A stretch of DNA of 64,000 bases, from assembly GCA_973895155.1 (NCBI GenBank), contig OZ316891.1, positions 28,029,145 to 28,093,144 of the forward strand, read 5' to 3'. The DNA comes from Marsupella aquatica. Taxonomy: Eukaryota; Plantae; Marchantiophyta. Below, piece by piece: positions 10,660-22,373 of this stretch; position 1 is the stretch's first letter; every line of letters begins with the position of its first letter. A program made the translations under genes and the position numbers. Under the pieces are notes generated by a model. The model worked only from the letters and a program-made list of their open reading frames with translations. It was not told the DNA's origin and searched no databases.

Positions 10660-13600
10660 ATGGCAATGGAGAAACTGTTATTCCCAGCACTGAGAATTGA
10701 CGGGAAGAAGTACAATGATTGGACAATAGACGTGGAGGTCAACCTCACGGCAAAGAGGATCCCAAAAACCATACATACGGATATTGGGGTGGATCAATAC
10801 CAGAAGGCACAAGCATTAGTCCTACTAAGACACCACTTAGTAGAACCATTAAAACAACAATACAAGACGATATACAACCCAAGGCTCCTATGGAATGCAT
10901 TGAAAGAGAGATTTGAACACATAACAACTATAAACTTACCAAATGCGCTACAAGCATGGGTAACCTTAAGAGTGCAAGATTTCAAAACGGTAGACTTATA
11001 CAACAGCGAGATGTTCCGCATCTCGAACGAACTCCAAATGTGCGGTGAACCAGTGAATGATAAACAACAAATCGAAAAGACACTAGCAACATTTCACCCT
11101 ACAAACTTAGTAATCTCAAACCAGTATAGAAATATGGCATTCACTAAATACTCAGCATTAATAGCACACATGCTCTTGGCAGAACAAAACTCAATCCTAC
11201 TCATGACAAATGCAAAGGATAGACCCCCGGGTACACTCCCCATACCTGCTACCACCGAGACGAACTTAATTATAAACGAGAAACAAAAAGAAGCTAACAT
11301 GACCACACCTTATGATAGAAATACAAGTAAATTCAGGGGGAGAGGCTCATATAGGGGAAGAGGAATGATGCAAGGACGATCAAACGACTCCTACAGAGGA
11401 GGATCCAGCAGATTCAGCAACCGAGGAAGGGGCCGTGGAAGAAACAACTCCCAAGGAAGGAACACATGGAAACGAGGCCGCAACAACTACCAAGAGAAGC
11501 CAAGAAACAACTCAAACAGCTCAATCACATGCTTCAGGTGCGGTACAAAAGGTCACACCCAAAAGGTATGCCATGCCCCAGCCCATCTTGTGAAACTCTA
11601 CAAGCAAAGTTTGGATGGATCAAAATATGAAACCCATGGAGTTTACCTTGAATCACCTGAGATTATACCAGAAATTCATATGGTAGACCCCCCAATGGAC
11701 CTAGAGGATATAGATGTATGCATCATAGACAGCGCAACATCACACACTATCCTCCGAGATAGAAAATATTTCCACGAAATTATCCCCTCACAAAGGCAAA
11801 TCATCACCATAACCGGAGAAAGCCAAATAGAAGAAGGCCACGGAAGAGCTACCTTAACTCTTCCGGGAGGCACTATAATCAGATGCCCATCTGCCATATA
11901 TGCCCCCAAAGCAAGAAGGAACCTTTTAAGTTTCCAAGATATTAGAGCCAACAACTACCATATCCAAACAAACACCCAAAACTCACAAGAAGTATTGCAA
12001 CTAACATCACACTCAGAAGGAGGGATAATCATTAGAGAAACCATCTCTCCCCACCCTTCAGGGTTCTACATCACCCAAAACCAAAGTTACAACCTAGGGG
12101 TAGAAACCAAAGATATCACCGAGACATGGCACATGAGATTGGGACACCCAGGAACCAGCATGTTCCATAGGATAGTCAACAACTCAACAGGAATACCAAA
12201 GACCTGTCACCCAAGGTCATTCCAAAAACCATGCATCGCCTGCTCCCAGGGCAAGATGATTACAGCCCCCTCCATCCCAAAAACCGAAAACCATATCCCC
12301 GCATTCCTTGAGAGACTCCATGCGGACGTATGTGGACCAATAGACCCACCAAGTGGACCATTTCGATACTTCTTGGTAGTGATAGACGCCAGTTCTAAGT
12401 GGTCCAGAGTATCCTTATTATCAACCCGAAACCTAGTCTTCCCAAGAATCCTTACACACATCCTAAGACTAAGGTCACAATTCCCTGAAAATCCAATTAG
12501 AACCCTTAGAACCGATGGAGCTGGTGAATTCACTTCTAGAACCTTTGACGAATTTTGCACAATAAATGGCATTGACTCCCAACATAATGTACCTCATGTC
12601 CACTTCCAGAATGGACTAGCGGAGTCACTTATTAAACGCATACAGCTGATTGCTAGACCACTATTAATGCAATCATCACTCCCAACATCAGCATGGGGCC
12701 ATGCAATATTACATGCTGCAACCCTACTCCTTTATAGACCATCAGCCTTTAACAGCAACACACCTTATCACCTAGCTTTCGGGCAACCACCAAACATCTC
12801 ACACCTAAGAATATTTGGATGTCAAGTCCTCGTCCCCATACTAGGTCCTAATAGAACCAAAATGGGACCACAACGGAGGAAAGGCATCTATGTAGGATTT
12901 GACTCAACATCTATCATACGATACATGGAACCTACAACCACTGACATATTCAAAGCCCGTTTTAGCGATTGCCATTTCTATGAACACATTTTCCCAACCA
13001 TTAACACGCAAGAGGGAAAACATAAGTCATACACCAAAACACTCACATGGCAAGCTTCCCCGGCACTTTGCCCAGATCCTCGAACTAACCAAACTGAACT
13101 AGAAGTCAATAGGATACTTCAATTAACCAAGATCATGGAGTCCTTACCCGACTCATTTACTGATGCTACCAACGTAACTAAATCCCATATACCAGCGGCT
13201 AATACACCATCCCGCATACAAGATCAGAGACTATCCTCTGACACACACCCACAACTCAAAAGAGGTAGACCACTAGGGGCAGTTGACAAACAACCTAGAA
13301 ACAAACGTAGACCACCTACACCAACCAACCATACTAGGCCACCACCCCAACCAGAGATAGCCATTAACTATAACTCCACTGGTCACATATTAGATAGAAT
13401 GATGATCAACCCTGATCCCACATTTGCTCTTCATGTTGCAAATGATATTAACAACCTACCAGATCCCAAATCAGTGACCGAAGCACAAAAACAAATAGAT
13501 TGGAGAAAATGGCAAAAGGCCATGAACTCCGAATTAGACTCCTTGATATCTAGAAAAGTCTTTGGACCTATAACAGTAGCTTCCCCAGACCAACACCTCA

Positions 13601-13953
13601 CGGGATATAGGATGACATTTGTTAAAAAGCGAAACTCACATGGAGAAATAGTAAGATATAAAGCTAGGCTGGTTGCTAAAGGCTACACACAAGTTTATGG
13701 AACTGACTATGACCTGACATACTCACCGGTCATGGACGTCACCACATACCGCTATTTGATAGCATTTGCCATAAACAACAACCTGTTAATGCACCAAATG
13801 GACGTTGTTACTGCTTACCTTTATGGTAAACTGGACAACGTGATTTATATGGAAGCCCCGCCTGAACTCATTGAGAGAGTAAACTTCCATGCAAATTCAA
13901 ACATAATCCACATATGCACAATGATAAAAGTGCAAAATCATTTGACTATATGA
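10660..13953 (+). CDS. Copia polyprotein part 1: Gag (Zn knuckle), protease, integrase, N-terminal RT
   Basis: KLLFPALRIDGKKYNDW (Bianca-type gag start), CFRCGTKGHTQKVC, IIDSATSH, WHMRLGH..CIAC, HADVCGP/RTDGAGEF/NGLAE, YKARLVAKG and MDVVTAYLYG. Confidence 0.95.
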   Translation: MAMEKLLFPALRIDGKKYNDWTIDVEVNLTAKRIPKTIHTDIGVDQYQKAQALVLLRHHLVEPLKQQYKTIYNPRLLWNALKERFEHITTINLPNALQAWVTLRVQDFKTVDLYNSEMFRISNELQMCGEPVNDKQQIEKTLATFHPTNLVISNQYRNMAFTKYSALIAHMLLAEQNSILLMTNAKDRPPGTLPIPATTETNLIINEKQKEANMTTPYDRNTSKFRGRGSYRGRGMMQGRSNDSYRGGSSRFSNRGRGRGRNNSQGRNTWKRGRNNYQEKPRNNSNSSITCFRCGTKGHTQKVCHAPAHLVKLYKQSLDGSKYETHGVYLESPEIIPEIHMVDPPMDLEDIDVCIIDSATSHTILRDRKYFHEIIPSQRQIITITGESQIEEGHGRATLTLPGGTIIRCPSAIYAPKARRNLLSFQDIRANNYHIQTNTQNSQEVLQLTSHSEGGIIIRETISPHPSGFYITQNQSYNLGVETKDITETWHMRLGHPGTSMFHRIVNNSTGIPKTCHPRSFQKPCIACSQGKMITAPSIPKTENHIPAFLERLHADVCGPIDPPSGPFRYFLVVIDASSKWSRVSLLSTRNLVFPRILTHILRLRSQFPENPIRTLRTDGAGEFTSRTFDEFCTINGIDSQHNVPHVHFQNGLAESLIKRIQLIARPLLMQSSLPTSAWGHAILHAATLLLYRPSAFNSNTPYHLAFGQPPNISHLRIFGCQVLVPILGPNRTKMGPQRRKGIYVGFDSTSIIRYMEPTTTDIFKARFSDCHFYEHIFPTINTQEGKHKSYTKTLTWQASPALCPDPRTNQTELEVNRILQLTKIMESLPDSFTDATNVTKSHIPAANTPSRIQDQRLSSDTHPQLKRGRPLGAVDKQPRNKRRPPTPTNHTRPPPQPEIAINYNSTGHILDRMMINPDPTFALHVANDINNLPDPKSVTEAQKQIDWRKWQKAMNSELDSLISRKVFGPITVASPDQHLTGYRMTFVKKRNSHGEIVRYKARLVAKGYTQVYGTDYDLTYSPVMDVTTYRYLIAFAINNNLLMHQMDVVTAYLYGKLDNVIYMEAPPELIERVNFHANSNIIHICTMIKVQNHLTI

Positions 13954-15260
13954 ACAAATTGGTACTCCACAATGCTTCTAAAGCAATTGCATTAAAAGAA
14001 CCTAGAAAGGACCATAAGGCAACCGGAGCAAAGACTCGGTATGCAGTTCAAGTCCTTAGTTCCATTTATGGACTCAAACAGAGTGGACGTACATGGTACC
14101 AAAGATTTAAAAATCAAATGATATCCATGGGATATAAGAATTCCGAAATAGCTCCTTGCTTATTTATAAAGCATGAAGGACCTGAATTCATAATCATCGC
14201 TATATATGTTGATGACCTCAACCTCCTTGGTACGAAAAAGATGATGAATGAGTCAATGCAAACGCTAAAAAGCGTATTTGAAATGAGAGACATGGGCAGA
14301 ACTTCTTATTGCATTGGACTACAATTTGAACATTTGGAAAAAGGCATTCTTTTACACCAAACTACTTACACAAAGAAAATATTACAACAATTCAGAATGA
14401 ATATGTTGAAGCCTGTTAAATCCCCCATGGACATCCGTACCCTTGATAAGGATAAGGATATGTTTAGAAAAAGAGAAGGATTCGAACCTATATTAGGTTC
14501 AGATATGCCATACCTTTCGGCTATCGGTGCTCTTATGTTTTTATCTAATCAAACAAGACCAGACATAGCATTTTCTGTCAACCTACTGGCGAGACATAGT
14601 TCTCAGCCCACTATAAGACATTGGAACGGGGTAAAACGAATTTTCAGATACCTTAATGGTACATCCGACCTCGGCCTATATTTTCCTAATGAGGATAACC
14701 ATAAGTTGACAGGATATGTTGACGCGGGATACCTTTCTGATCCACATGACGGTAGATCTCAAACAGGATATATATTCTTCATGGGATCAACACCAATATC
14801 TTGGAGAAGTACTAAGCAAACACTTGCAACAACTTCTTCAAATCATTCAGAAATTATTGCCCTTTATGAGGCTACTAGAGAATGTTTATGGCTACGGCAA
14901 GTACTAGACCATATTCTTATTCAAACAGGTAAACAACGCTTAACCATGCCTACAACTATATTTGAAGACAATATGTCATGCATCACTCAAATCAAATCAG
15001 GATTTATAAAAGGTGAACGCACAAAACATATTGCACCCAAGTTCTTTTTCTCACATGAACAACAAGGAAAAGACATTGACATACAATGGATTTCAGGAGA
15101 CAAGAACTTGGCTGACATCCTAACAAAATCTCTACCCCCATCTACTCATAGAACACTAACTCACCTCTTAGGGATGCGAAGTCTTAAGAAACTGATGCAG
15201 GATTCTAACATTGAGGGGGAGAATGGATTTTTCTACAACAACACTATTGAAGATGAATGA
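13914..15260 (+). CDS. Copia polyprotein part 2: RT core and RNase H (different frame)
   Basis: SIYGLKQSGRTWY, IYVDDL, GYVDAGYLSD, FEDNMSC, TKHI and ADILTK. Confidence 0.95.
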   Translation: MHNDKSAKSFDYMNKLVLHNASKAIALKEPRKDHKATGAKTRYAVQVLSSIYGLKQSGRTWYQRFKNQMISMGYKNSEIAPCLFIKHEGPEFIIIAIYVDDLNLLGTKKMMNESMQTLKSVFEMRDMGRTSYCIGLQFEHLEKGILLHQTTYTKKILQQFRMNMLKPVKSPMDIRTLDKDKDMFRKREGFEPILGSDMPYLSAIGALMFLSNQTRPDIAFSVNLLARHSSQPTIRHWNGVKRIFRYLNGTSDLGLYFPNEDNHKLTGYVDAGYLSDPHDGRSQTGYIFFMGSTPISWRSTKQTLATTSSNHSEIIALYEATRECLWLRQVLDHILIQTGKQRLTMPTTIFEDNMSCITQIKSGFIKGERTKHIAPKFFFSHEQQGKDIDIQWISGDKNLADILTKSLPPSTHRTLTHLLGMRSLKKLMQDSNIEGENGFFYNNTIEDE

Positions 15261-15627
15261 CTACTTACTATGAAGAAGCAAACCATCAATACTACCACAA
15301 AGGAGATCAAGACATTCTCAAGAACATCAATAACTCACATACACTACAATGAAGACAATGGAGACAACAACCTCTATGGAGCTTAACAACATAGAAAACA
15401 CAATTAAACCAGTATTGTACTCTAGATCTTACATACATACAAAATAGATCATACAAAAGAGATGGAAGGTGGCAATACTCTTTCCTTCCATGATGTTAGT
15501 AGGGAAGGTTTTAATGAGGTTGCACCTCCATCATCTCACAATATAACATAGGTAGAAGATATCTAACTGATAGCAACTTAGATTGGTTGTTATAATTTCA
15601 TCAAAAACTATAACACCCAAGGGGGAG

Positions 15628-15762
15628 TGTTATACCCTAACTAGGTTTAGATATCTTAACCCGAGTTAAGATCTAACCAAGATCTAACTCAACTACCTCA
15701 TGTATATATATTGGACACATGAATAAGATTCATTACATTGTTGGAGTATATGGTTTGCAACA
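15628..15762 (+). repeat. 3' LTR of Bianca-like Copia
   Basis: Preceded by the PPT and followed by TSD ATTCT. Confidence 0.97.
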
Positions 15763-18533
15763 ATTCTCACATTTTTGTGGTTCTTCATCAAGACAGTAAG
15801 CACAAAAATAGCATAGTTCCCTCACTTGCAATAGAGTTGAAAGTCGGTTACTAAATCCATCAAAACAATGCATTGCTCTACATCCTGGGATTGCATCACA
15901 GTCCCATTTCTTGTGCCGATTCACAGTTGTAGCACCTATTTCCCAAAACAATCGCCTCACAAGCAAAACATCACCATACTCTCTCTCAATACCAATGGCA
16001 AACTTTTCCTTGCAAAATGCAACTACATCATGAGCATTTTCCAAGCGAAAGCCATGCGTCCCCTTCAACTGCTCTCTCTGTATCCCGCTCTTGATGTGGC
16101 CTCCAAGGGCATCCTATCCATGCAGAAAAAGTCCATTCAATGTCACACAAGCATACAACTAGACTCCAAAGAATAATGTTCTTGTATAACGGTAAAGAAG
16201 CTCATATGAAACTAAATAATGAGAACAACACAGTGAATTCAAATATTGGAGGTAGAGTTCCACACTTACAGCTACACCCTTTCCATGTCCTGAAGCATGG
16301 AAAAACCATTTCATCCGTGCACCAAATCTCTTGTAATACCTTGAGACGTAGTAGAAAGGTCTACAAGCCTTAAATTGTGAGGCAGCTCCATCGGACCAAA
16401 CCCAATGCTGAGTGAATTCAATTCCCTCTTGCTTCATCCAATGGTAATGAGCATCCATGCAATGCTGCACAAACAAGGTGTCGTGAGTATTATCATCACT
16501 GATATAGAAATGATAGTCGGCGATGATATCTCTGTCACCAGCTTCACTCTGTGCCATACTCACTGTCCGTCCCACTGCAGCCTCCATAGATTGGTGCACA
16601 TCTTCTCGATGTCTATAGGTCACATGGATCAACAAAGTAATCTGTTTGTTGTCCCAATGTTGCGATTGAATCTCATTTTGCGTCTTGAAAGTGTAATTTT
16701 CAGAGAAGTCAATTGAAGACACTATGGTTCCTCTTGGGAACGTCTTCAAACACAATCTAAACTGGTCACTTTGCCAGCGAGCTCTAAAATCATGAACAAC
16801 AAATGACTTCATTCTAGCTTCGACCACGTTCCTGAAATCACTTACAGACGTAGTCTTATACACCATCCTCAAGCGTTTAGACTTTTTTTGTGAACTCTCA
16901 TCACTTCCCTGCTTCTTTGCTTTCTTCATTTGTAAGTTGTCATCTAACTCCTGATATTCAAAACTCTGCCAACTAATAGTTAGTTGTTGTGTGGAATCCA
17001 ACTCCCATGGACACCAGTCCAGATTCAGCGTTCCACAATCTACACAAACTCCCATAATACAGTCCTTCTTGTGCCATACCTGCCCCTCGGTTTTCTTACA
17101 CAACGCTTCCATCCAACCTCGAACAGAGGTAATGTGTGTCCTTGAAGCTACACAAGAAACACCTAATGGAATGGCCACTGATTTACAAGTACAACACTGA
17201 CAACTACACTCAGAGGGGTGATGAAACTTCCTGAATTTGTTTAGTGCCTCTTTCAGGAGGTCCATTTCAACGTGCTGCTTGCAGCAGCATACATTTCCAT
17301 CCTTCATGGTTCGAATGTAAAACGGTTTCAGATAACTGAAGGACCGCAGGCCTATAGAAACAACATTGTTCTCAGCCTTGCACCAATCTTGGAACTTGAA
17401 GAAAAATTCAACCTGTAAATAGACATCAACAGGGTGTTAATAGATTACCCAAATTCAGGCTCTCAAATTTGTATCGTTGGCTACAACTGAAGACGGGACT
17501 AAAGAATGCAAAAATTTTTAAGAACTCTCAAAGAAATTGAAGTAGCCAATGTGAGGATATCCTACCTCTGTATCCTCGAGCCAATGTACTTTATGTTCCT
17601 CATGTTGATTTGGTCCAAGTCGCTTTCTAGCTATCTCTTTCTTGCCTGGTGAGATTCTAGTGTATGTGCTCCAAAATAGTTCAACAATCTTGCGCACCTC
17701 TGCACTAATCTTGTCACTCCTGGTTTTCCTTTCCCCCATTGGGTATTTTATACATTGGTTCTCATCTATCTGCTTCCGCATGTTTGATGCTTTTTGAATG
17801 TTGTGTCTCTTGATACCAAAAGCCTTAGCTAAAGAGGACTGATATCGCTTGCCAACCGTGGACTGTCCGACCATAGCTACCAACATTGAATGCTTTATAG
17901 CCAAGTGATCTTTCTTTTTACCCAACTTCACAATTTGCAAGGTCTGCCTAAGGTCAGTTATAGCAGCTCCTACAGATGCATCTAACTTAGGGGTCCCAAG
18001 AGCTGCAGGATGATATTCTCTCAATGAAGAATAACACCAAAATTGCTCTAGGACTACCTTCCTTGCGGATAAGTTGAAATCTCTCATTTTTTTGAATAAG
18101 ACTGAAGTTACCTCGGAGACCACTGAATCAACCGCTCGTCTCGTTCTATTGGGCGTTTCCTCAGCAAGATGACTAGACAAACTTAAACTTCTCATCCTCC
18201 GAAGTCTCCAATAACAAGAAGCCTTAAGGGATGAGTCCAAAGCCTTATTTCTCTTTTCAAAATCTTCATGATATTAAAAAATGTGTACCAAAAAACCACC
18301 AAAAAATGGTATGTATTTTCCAAACTAGACTCAAGAGAATTTTACCACCAAAATCTAAGCATATCTTATATGATATTCTCACAATTGTATAAACCTTGAA
18401 ATATGCACTTTATAAAAGTAATCAAAATCAAACTCATCGATCAGAGTTTAAGTCAAACTCAAAGTTTTACAAAATATAACCCAACTTAAGCCCAAGTGGT
18501 TTCAAATGCTACGAGTCCCTCTATTTATCTAGT

Positions 18534-21500
18534 CTAATCCAAAGGGACCGCTTCCCCTTCCTCGGTTCTGGAAGTCCCTGTCGTCAATTCTGGAACAATT
18601 GTGGCATCGTCAACCATGCTATCCTCTTCGGCCTGAGGAATGTCTTCCTCACTCTCCTCATCCGTCTCCCCCTGTCCGTCTTCCTCTTCAATGTTATCTA
18701 CAAGGTTAAGAATCCTCCCTTTCAACACACTGCTCTGTCGCTCGTCAATCTCAATGGCAACGCAATGTCTCCCCATGGCCAAGGAGGAGGTTGTCCCAGT
18801 CCCTGATCCTGAACAAATATCCAAAACCCAGTCTCCAACCTGACTAAAATGACTCACTTCCCAATCTAACAATGCACGTGGTTTCTGATAAACATTCACT
18901 GCCTTGTTATCCCCGTTGTGTTTCAGCTTCTTAGTCACAGCTGCGCATACAACCACATTGTTCCTTGATTCATTTGTGTCAAAATTGAAGTGCTCCAATG
19001 ACCGTTTACCATCCTGGCTGTGAAAGCCAATTGTAAAGCACTCAAAGTTGTTGTTCAATCTTGGTCCACCAGCATTCTTCACATTATCCTTAACCCTGAA
19101 AAGTCACAAAAAGTCAAGGAGTTATTTAAACTTAGAAACATGGTTCATGAAATCATGAATAACTAATAGTTGTTTTTTTCAAAAACAAATATTTCTTACC
19201 ACACACAATTCTGGAACCCTCCATTACACTCCGCTTTCAAAACGGTCTTGATGGCCTCATATTGGTCAAGGCTGTGGTGAATGATAATACGCCACAACTT
19301 TGCAGTAGTAGCCACCTTGAACGATTGGACCATTTTTGTGATCTCCTCAGTTCCCCATCCAATAGTGTCCTCATGAAGACATCCAGGCAATGCAAACCCG
19401 TAGGGAATATCCACTAAAGCTAATGTGTAAGCCCGACCCGGAACCACCTCATGTAATCGCTGAGCATCATGAGTAAAAATATCATAGTGCACATCACCAA
19501 ACTCTGGATGCTCAAACGAATTTGGATGAAGTTCCCCCTCTTGGTTTGCCGACTAGAACTCTTCATGGATAGCCAATTTTGGGCTTGCACAATATGCGCA
19601 TTGAATTTGTCCGGGAATGACTTGAGATCTTTGCCTTCCTCATCTCCCTTCTTTTTCCGGGAGGTGGTATCTTTCTACAAAAAGGAACTGTACAATTAGA
19701 AACAAGGATTCCAAATATTAAATGAATTCAAACAATCATTCGAAGAAAGGTGACAGAATCTTACCCATGTCTGGAAAATAGGTACGAAATTCTTAAGCAC
19801 ATTGTCTGTGCAATGCTCAGGGTACTTGGTTTTACAACCTGACCAACTCTCCTCGTGTAGACACGTGAGGAAGGCCTTTTGCACCTGCATCTGAAATTTG
19901 TGTCGAGTAAATTCGTGACCCATTTCCTGTAAAGAGAGTTCTTTAGTAAGAACTCTCTGTAACACTGGGCAAATCATATCAGGATCTTTCAAGGCGTGCA
20001 TGTGTCTCCACTCGTTAATTTCATGTCCTCATAAGGCAATTTGGCATCTCCAAACTTAGAGACTTTCTTCTTGCCCTTGTCTCCTTTTTGACCTTTGATC
20101 TCACACATCTCCCACTTGTCACAAATCTGCCTCACAAATGACCACACAGGATCTTGTTGGAATGCCAACTGAAATAGGTTATCATTGGCATTAAGAACCT
20201 CAACATCCTTTCGTACACCCCAATCCTTGAGATTGATTTCAGTAGCACACTCTTTCTTGAAATCCTGGTTGGACGACAATCCATTCTCAACAAATCTCAT
20301 GTGAATATAATTTACTCTCTGGATTGTCGTCATCTGTTGTCAAAATTCAGAATCAATATTGTGACTCCATGCCAGGTTTCTTGCCTCTTGCACACTCAAT
20401 CCCGCAAATATCCAAGATTGCACTCTCCGAAATGCCTTGTTGTTAGGGAACTGAAGAGCAAGGTCTGCTTTGGCACAGGCTGAATGGTTGCCCCCAATCA
20501 CATAATAATGGTAATCAGCTTTCCTTGAAAAATCAAAGTCTTGCCTAGTAGCACACTCCTTCGGATCCACCAAGAGGACAAACGGAGCTGCAAGTGGACT
20601 GGCACCTACAGTCTTCATACGCAAGGTCAATTGGGTCAAGAAATATGGTTGGATGTGTCGGACCTGGTAAATGGGCAAGCCCACAGCCTTCTCTCTCACT
20701 GGAGGGTAAAGTTGACCAATGTCAATGGTCACGGTCTCCTCTTGAATACCACATCTTCCCAGAATCTCCTCCTGGTACAATACAAGTGCATCCATTGACA
20801 TTGATTGAGCCTTTTGCTCCAAATGCGCTGGAATTTTCTCCAAAGTCTTCTTTTTTGACTTTGGAGCACTGGGCTCGGTAGGCTCAGGAGTCATAGCAGG
20901 TCGCTTCTTTGAAGAAATGCGAGTTCCAGTCGTACCTTGTGCCAACCCACTAGTCAAAGCCGTTCCCTGGGATGATCTGCCAACTTGAGATCCCCCTCCA
21001 GATGCTGCTGCTTCCCGGGAGGTTGTAGGCGCTACCACGGTCAAAATATCATCGGGTAAAATGCTAGGCCTGGATCCAGAAGGAACACCGGAAGCCCCAG
21101 ATTTGGGTGGACGACTTACCCCCTTCTCTGCCGACCTTTTCTGGAGAATCTCTCTTGATTTTCGAATTGCACTCTTTAAAGTGCTAGCGTGAAATTCGAA
21201 CACAAAACCGGAAATCTTTCCCGCGACGTCGTGGTAACGTTCCTCACTCAAAAGAGACTTGACAGTCTCAATGATGCTATCGATGTCCTCATCGAGATAG
21301 CAGGTGGCAGCCGTTCCAGAAAACCTCTCCACATCCACGACAATCAAAGTTGATGTTTCCTTCGTTGTGATCAACATGTTCACAACTTCGTCGCCCCGTC
21401 GAAATACATCGATGCGGCCGTAATTTACCCACCCTAATGCCCCCGATGGAAGCCCCTCAAATACACACAGCAATAGGAAGGGCTTCTTCCATGTTTCCGT

Positions 21501-21593
21501 CCCTAAGGAAATCGTCTAGGATGAGTTGTGGAAGTCCGTCAAAGGATGGCGCGAAAAGATGTCATCCACCAGCTCTTCCTGCGACATTGTCAT
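18534..21593 (-). pseudogene. ParB/Srx-like domain fused to a beta-class N6A/N4C DNA methyltransferase, 3 exons, degraded
   Basis: ParB-like part: IDIGQLYPP..QVR..LTLRMKTVG..PFVLLV..YYVIGGNHSACA..EARNLAWSHN. MTase part: motif IV LVDIPYG (about 19411-19400), CVW|VKD..NNFE, YQKPRALL, then motif I VLDICSGSGT and GRHCVAIEID. GT-AG introns are 19764-19675 and 19199-19096. Stops at 21516 and 20340; frameshifts at about 20013 and 19550. Confidence 0.85.
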
Positions 21594-21758
21594 GTTTTTG
21601 CCTGATCTTCAAACCTGAGAACATACCACAAAATCAGTCCACTTCAACCCCAACCTGCGAGACAAAATGCCACAGGACCAAGGAATGTGCCAACAAATGG
21701 CTACTAAAGCCGTGTCCTTACGGATCTAACAACGCTCTCGGCCACCCCAGGACTCCTA

Positions 21759-21823
21759 TCATGAATTCATGAAGGGAGTCTCCCTCTCGCTCCGACCTTC
21801 ATGAATTCATGAAGGGAGTCTCC
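21759..21823. promoter_or_regulatory. Duplicated palindromic site TCATGAATTCATGA(AGGGAGTCTCC) in the divergent intergenic region
   Basis: Copies at 21759 and 21799; 21796-21815 is a perfect 20-bp palindrome (CCTTCATGAATTCATGAAGG). The regulatory role is inferred from position only. Confidence 0.5.
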
Positions 21824-22268
21824 TCTCTCTTTGCTTGTACACCTCGGTGATGCAGAATGGTATTTTAAATAGGGTTCGGAGGGGGGGTGACGTGAAGAAA
21901 TCACCCAGGGCCTAAATTACTACCTAAAATAGGGTCGAAATGAAGTGCAACCGCGACAACTCGCGACACGTCGCCGATGAGTGCTGAAAATGGCACGAAA
22001 TTGGACAACGAGATTGTTTTTCACTCTTTTACAAAGGAAATCCAAATGACATTGAGTGAAAATGAATGGGCTGCCCCGTGTTCCTTGGTTATACATACTA
22101 ATCACGGATCAGGCGCGACTTAGTAAAATTAACCCCGAATCATGATAAATCAATGTTTTCGGGCCAATTATTCATGAATATTTTGGGATATTAACGGGAA
22201 AAAGCTTGCAAATTTCATGAATATTTGATATTTTTGAAGTTAAAAAGTCCCAACAATCCGTGAAAAAC

Positions 22269-22276
22269 TATAAATA
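22269..22276 (+). promoter_or_regulatory. Candidate TATA box of the plus-strand transposase
   Basis: TATAAATA about 100 bp upstream of ATG 22374. Confidence 0.4.
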
Positions 22277-22373
22277 GGCTTGTTTATTCATGACTCTTGG
22301 TCATTATTTTGAGAAGATTTGTTAGATTTTACTTATTTTCTGAGTTTCTTGTCAATTTGCACTAGTTTTTCCA

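Larger units (their letters stand above)
9279..15762 (+). mobile_element. Full-length Ty1/Copia LTR retrotransposon, Bianca-like
   Basis: 135-bp TG..CA LTRs with 1 mismatch; 5-bp TSD ATTCT (9274-9278 and 15763-15767); PBS CGTTATCAGCACG at 9414; PPT AAGGGGGAG at 15619-15627; domain order gag-PR-IN-RT-RH. Confidence 0.97.
8779..18195 (-). pseudogene. Sola2-like DDD transposase, 3 exons, disrupted by a Copia insertion
   Basis: Exons about 18195-17566, 17412-16270 and 16113-15763 joined to 9273-8779; introns 17565-17413 and 16269-16114 are GT-AG. Motifs are LKPFYIR..CCCKQH, SIDFSENY..EIQSQHW, WSDGAASQFK and the spliced SGHGKGVA|DALGGHIK. Removing the Copia and one TSD copy restores the frame (QKCEN|RDLVGLYKLEMVKG). 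Confidence 0.85.

Noticed and set aside
18534-21593. Bacterial or phage contamination as the source of the methyltransferase
   Set aside because: The gene has frame-restoring GT-AG introns, plant-type C>T decay, and is contiguous with plant TEs and COI1.
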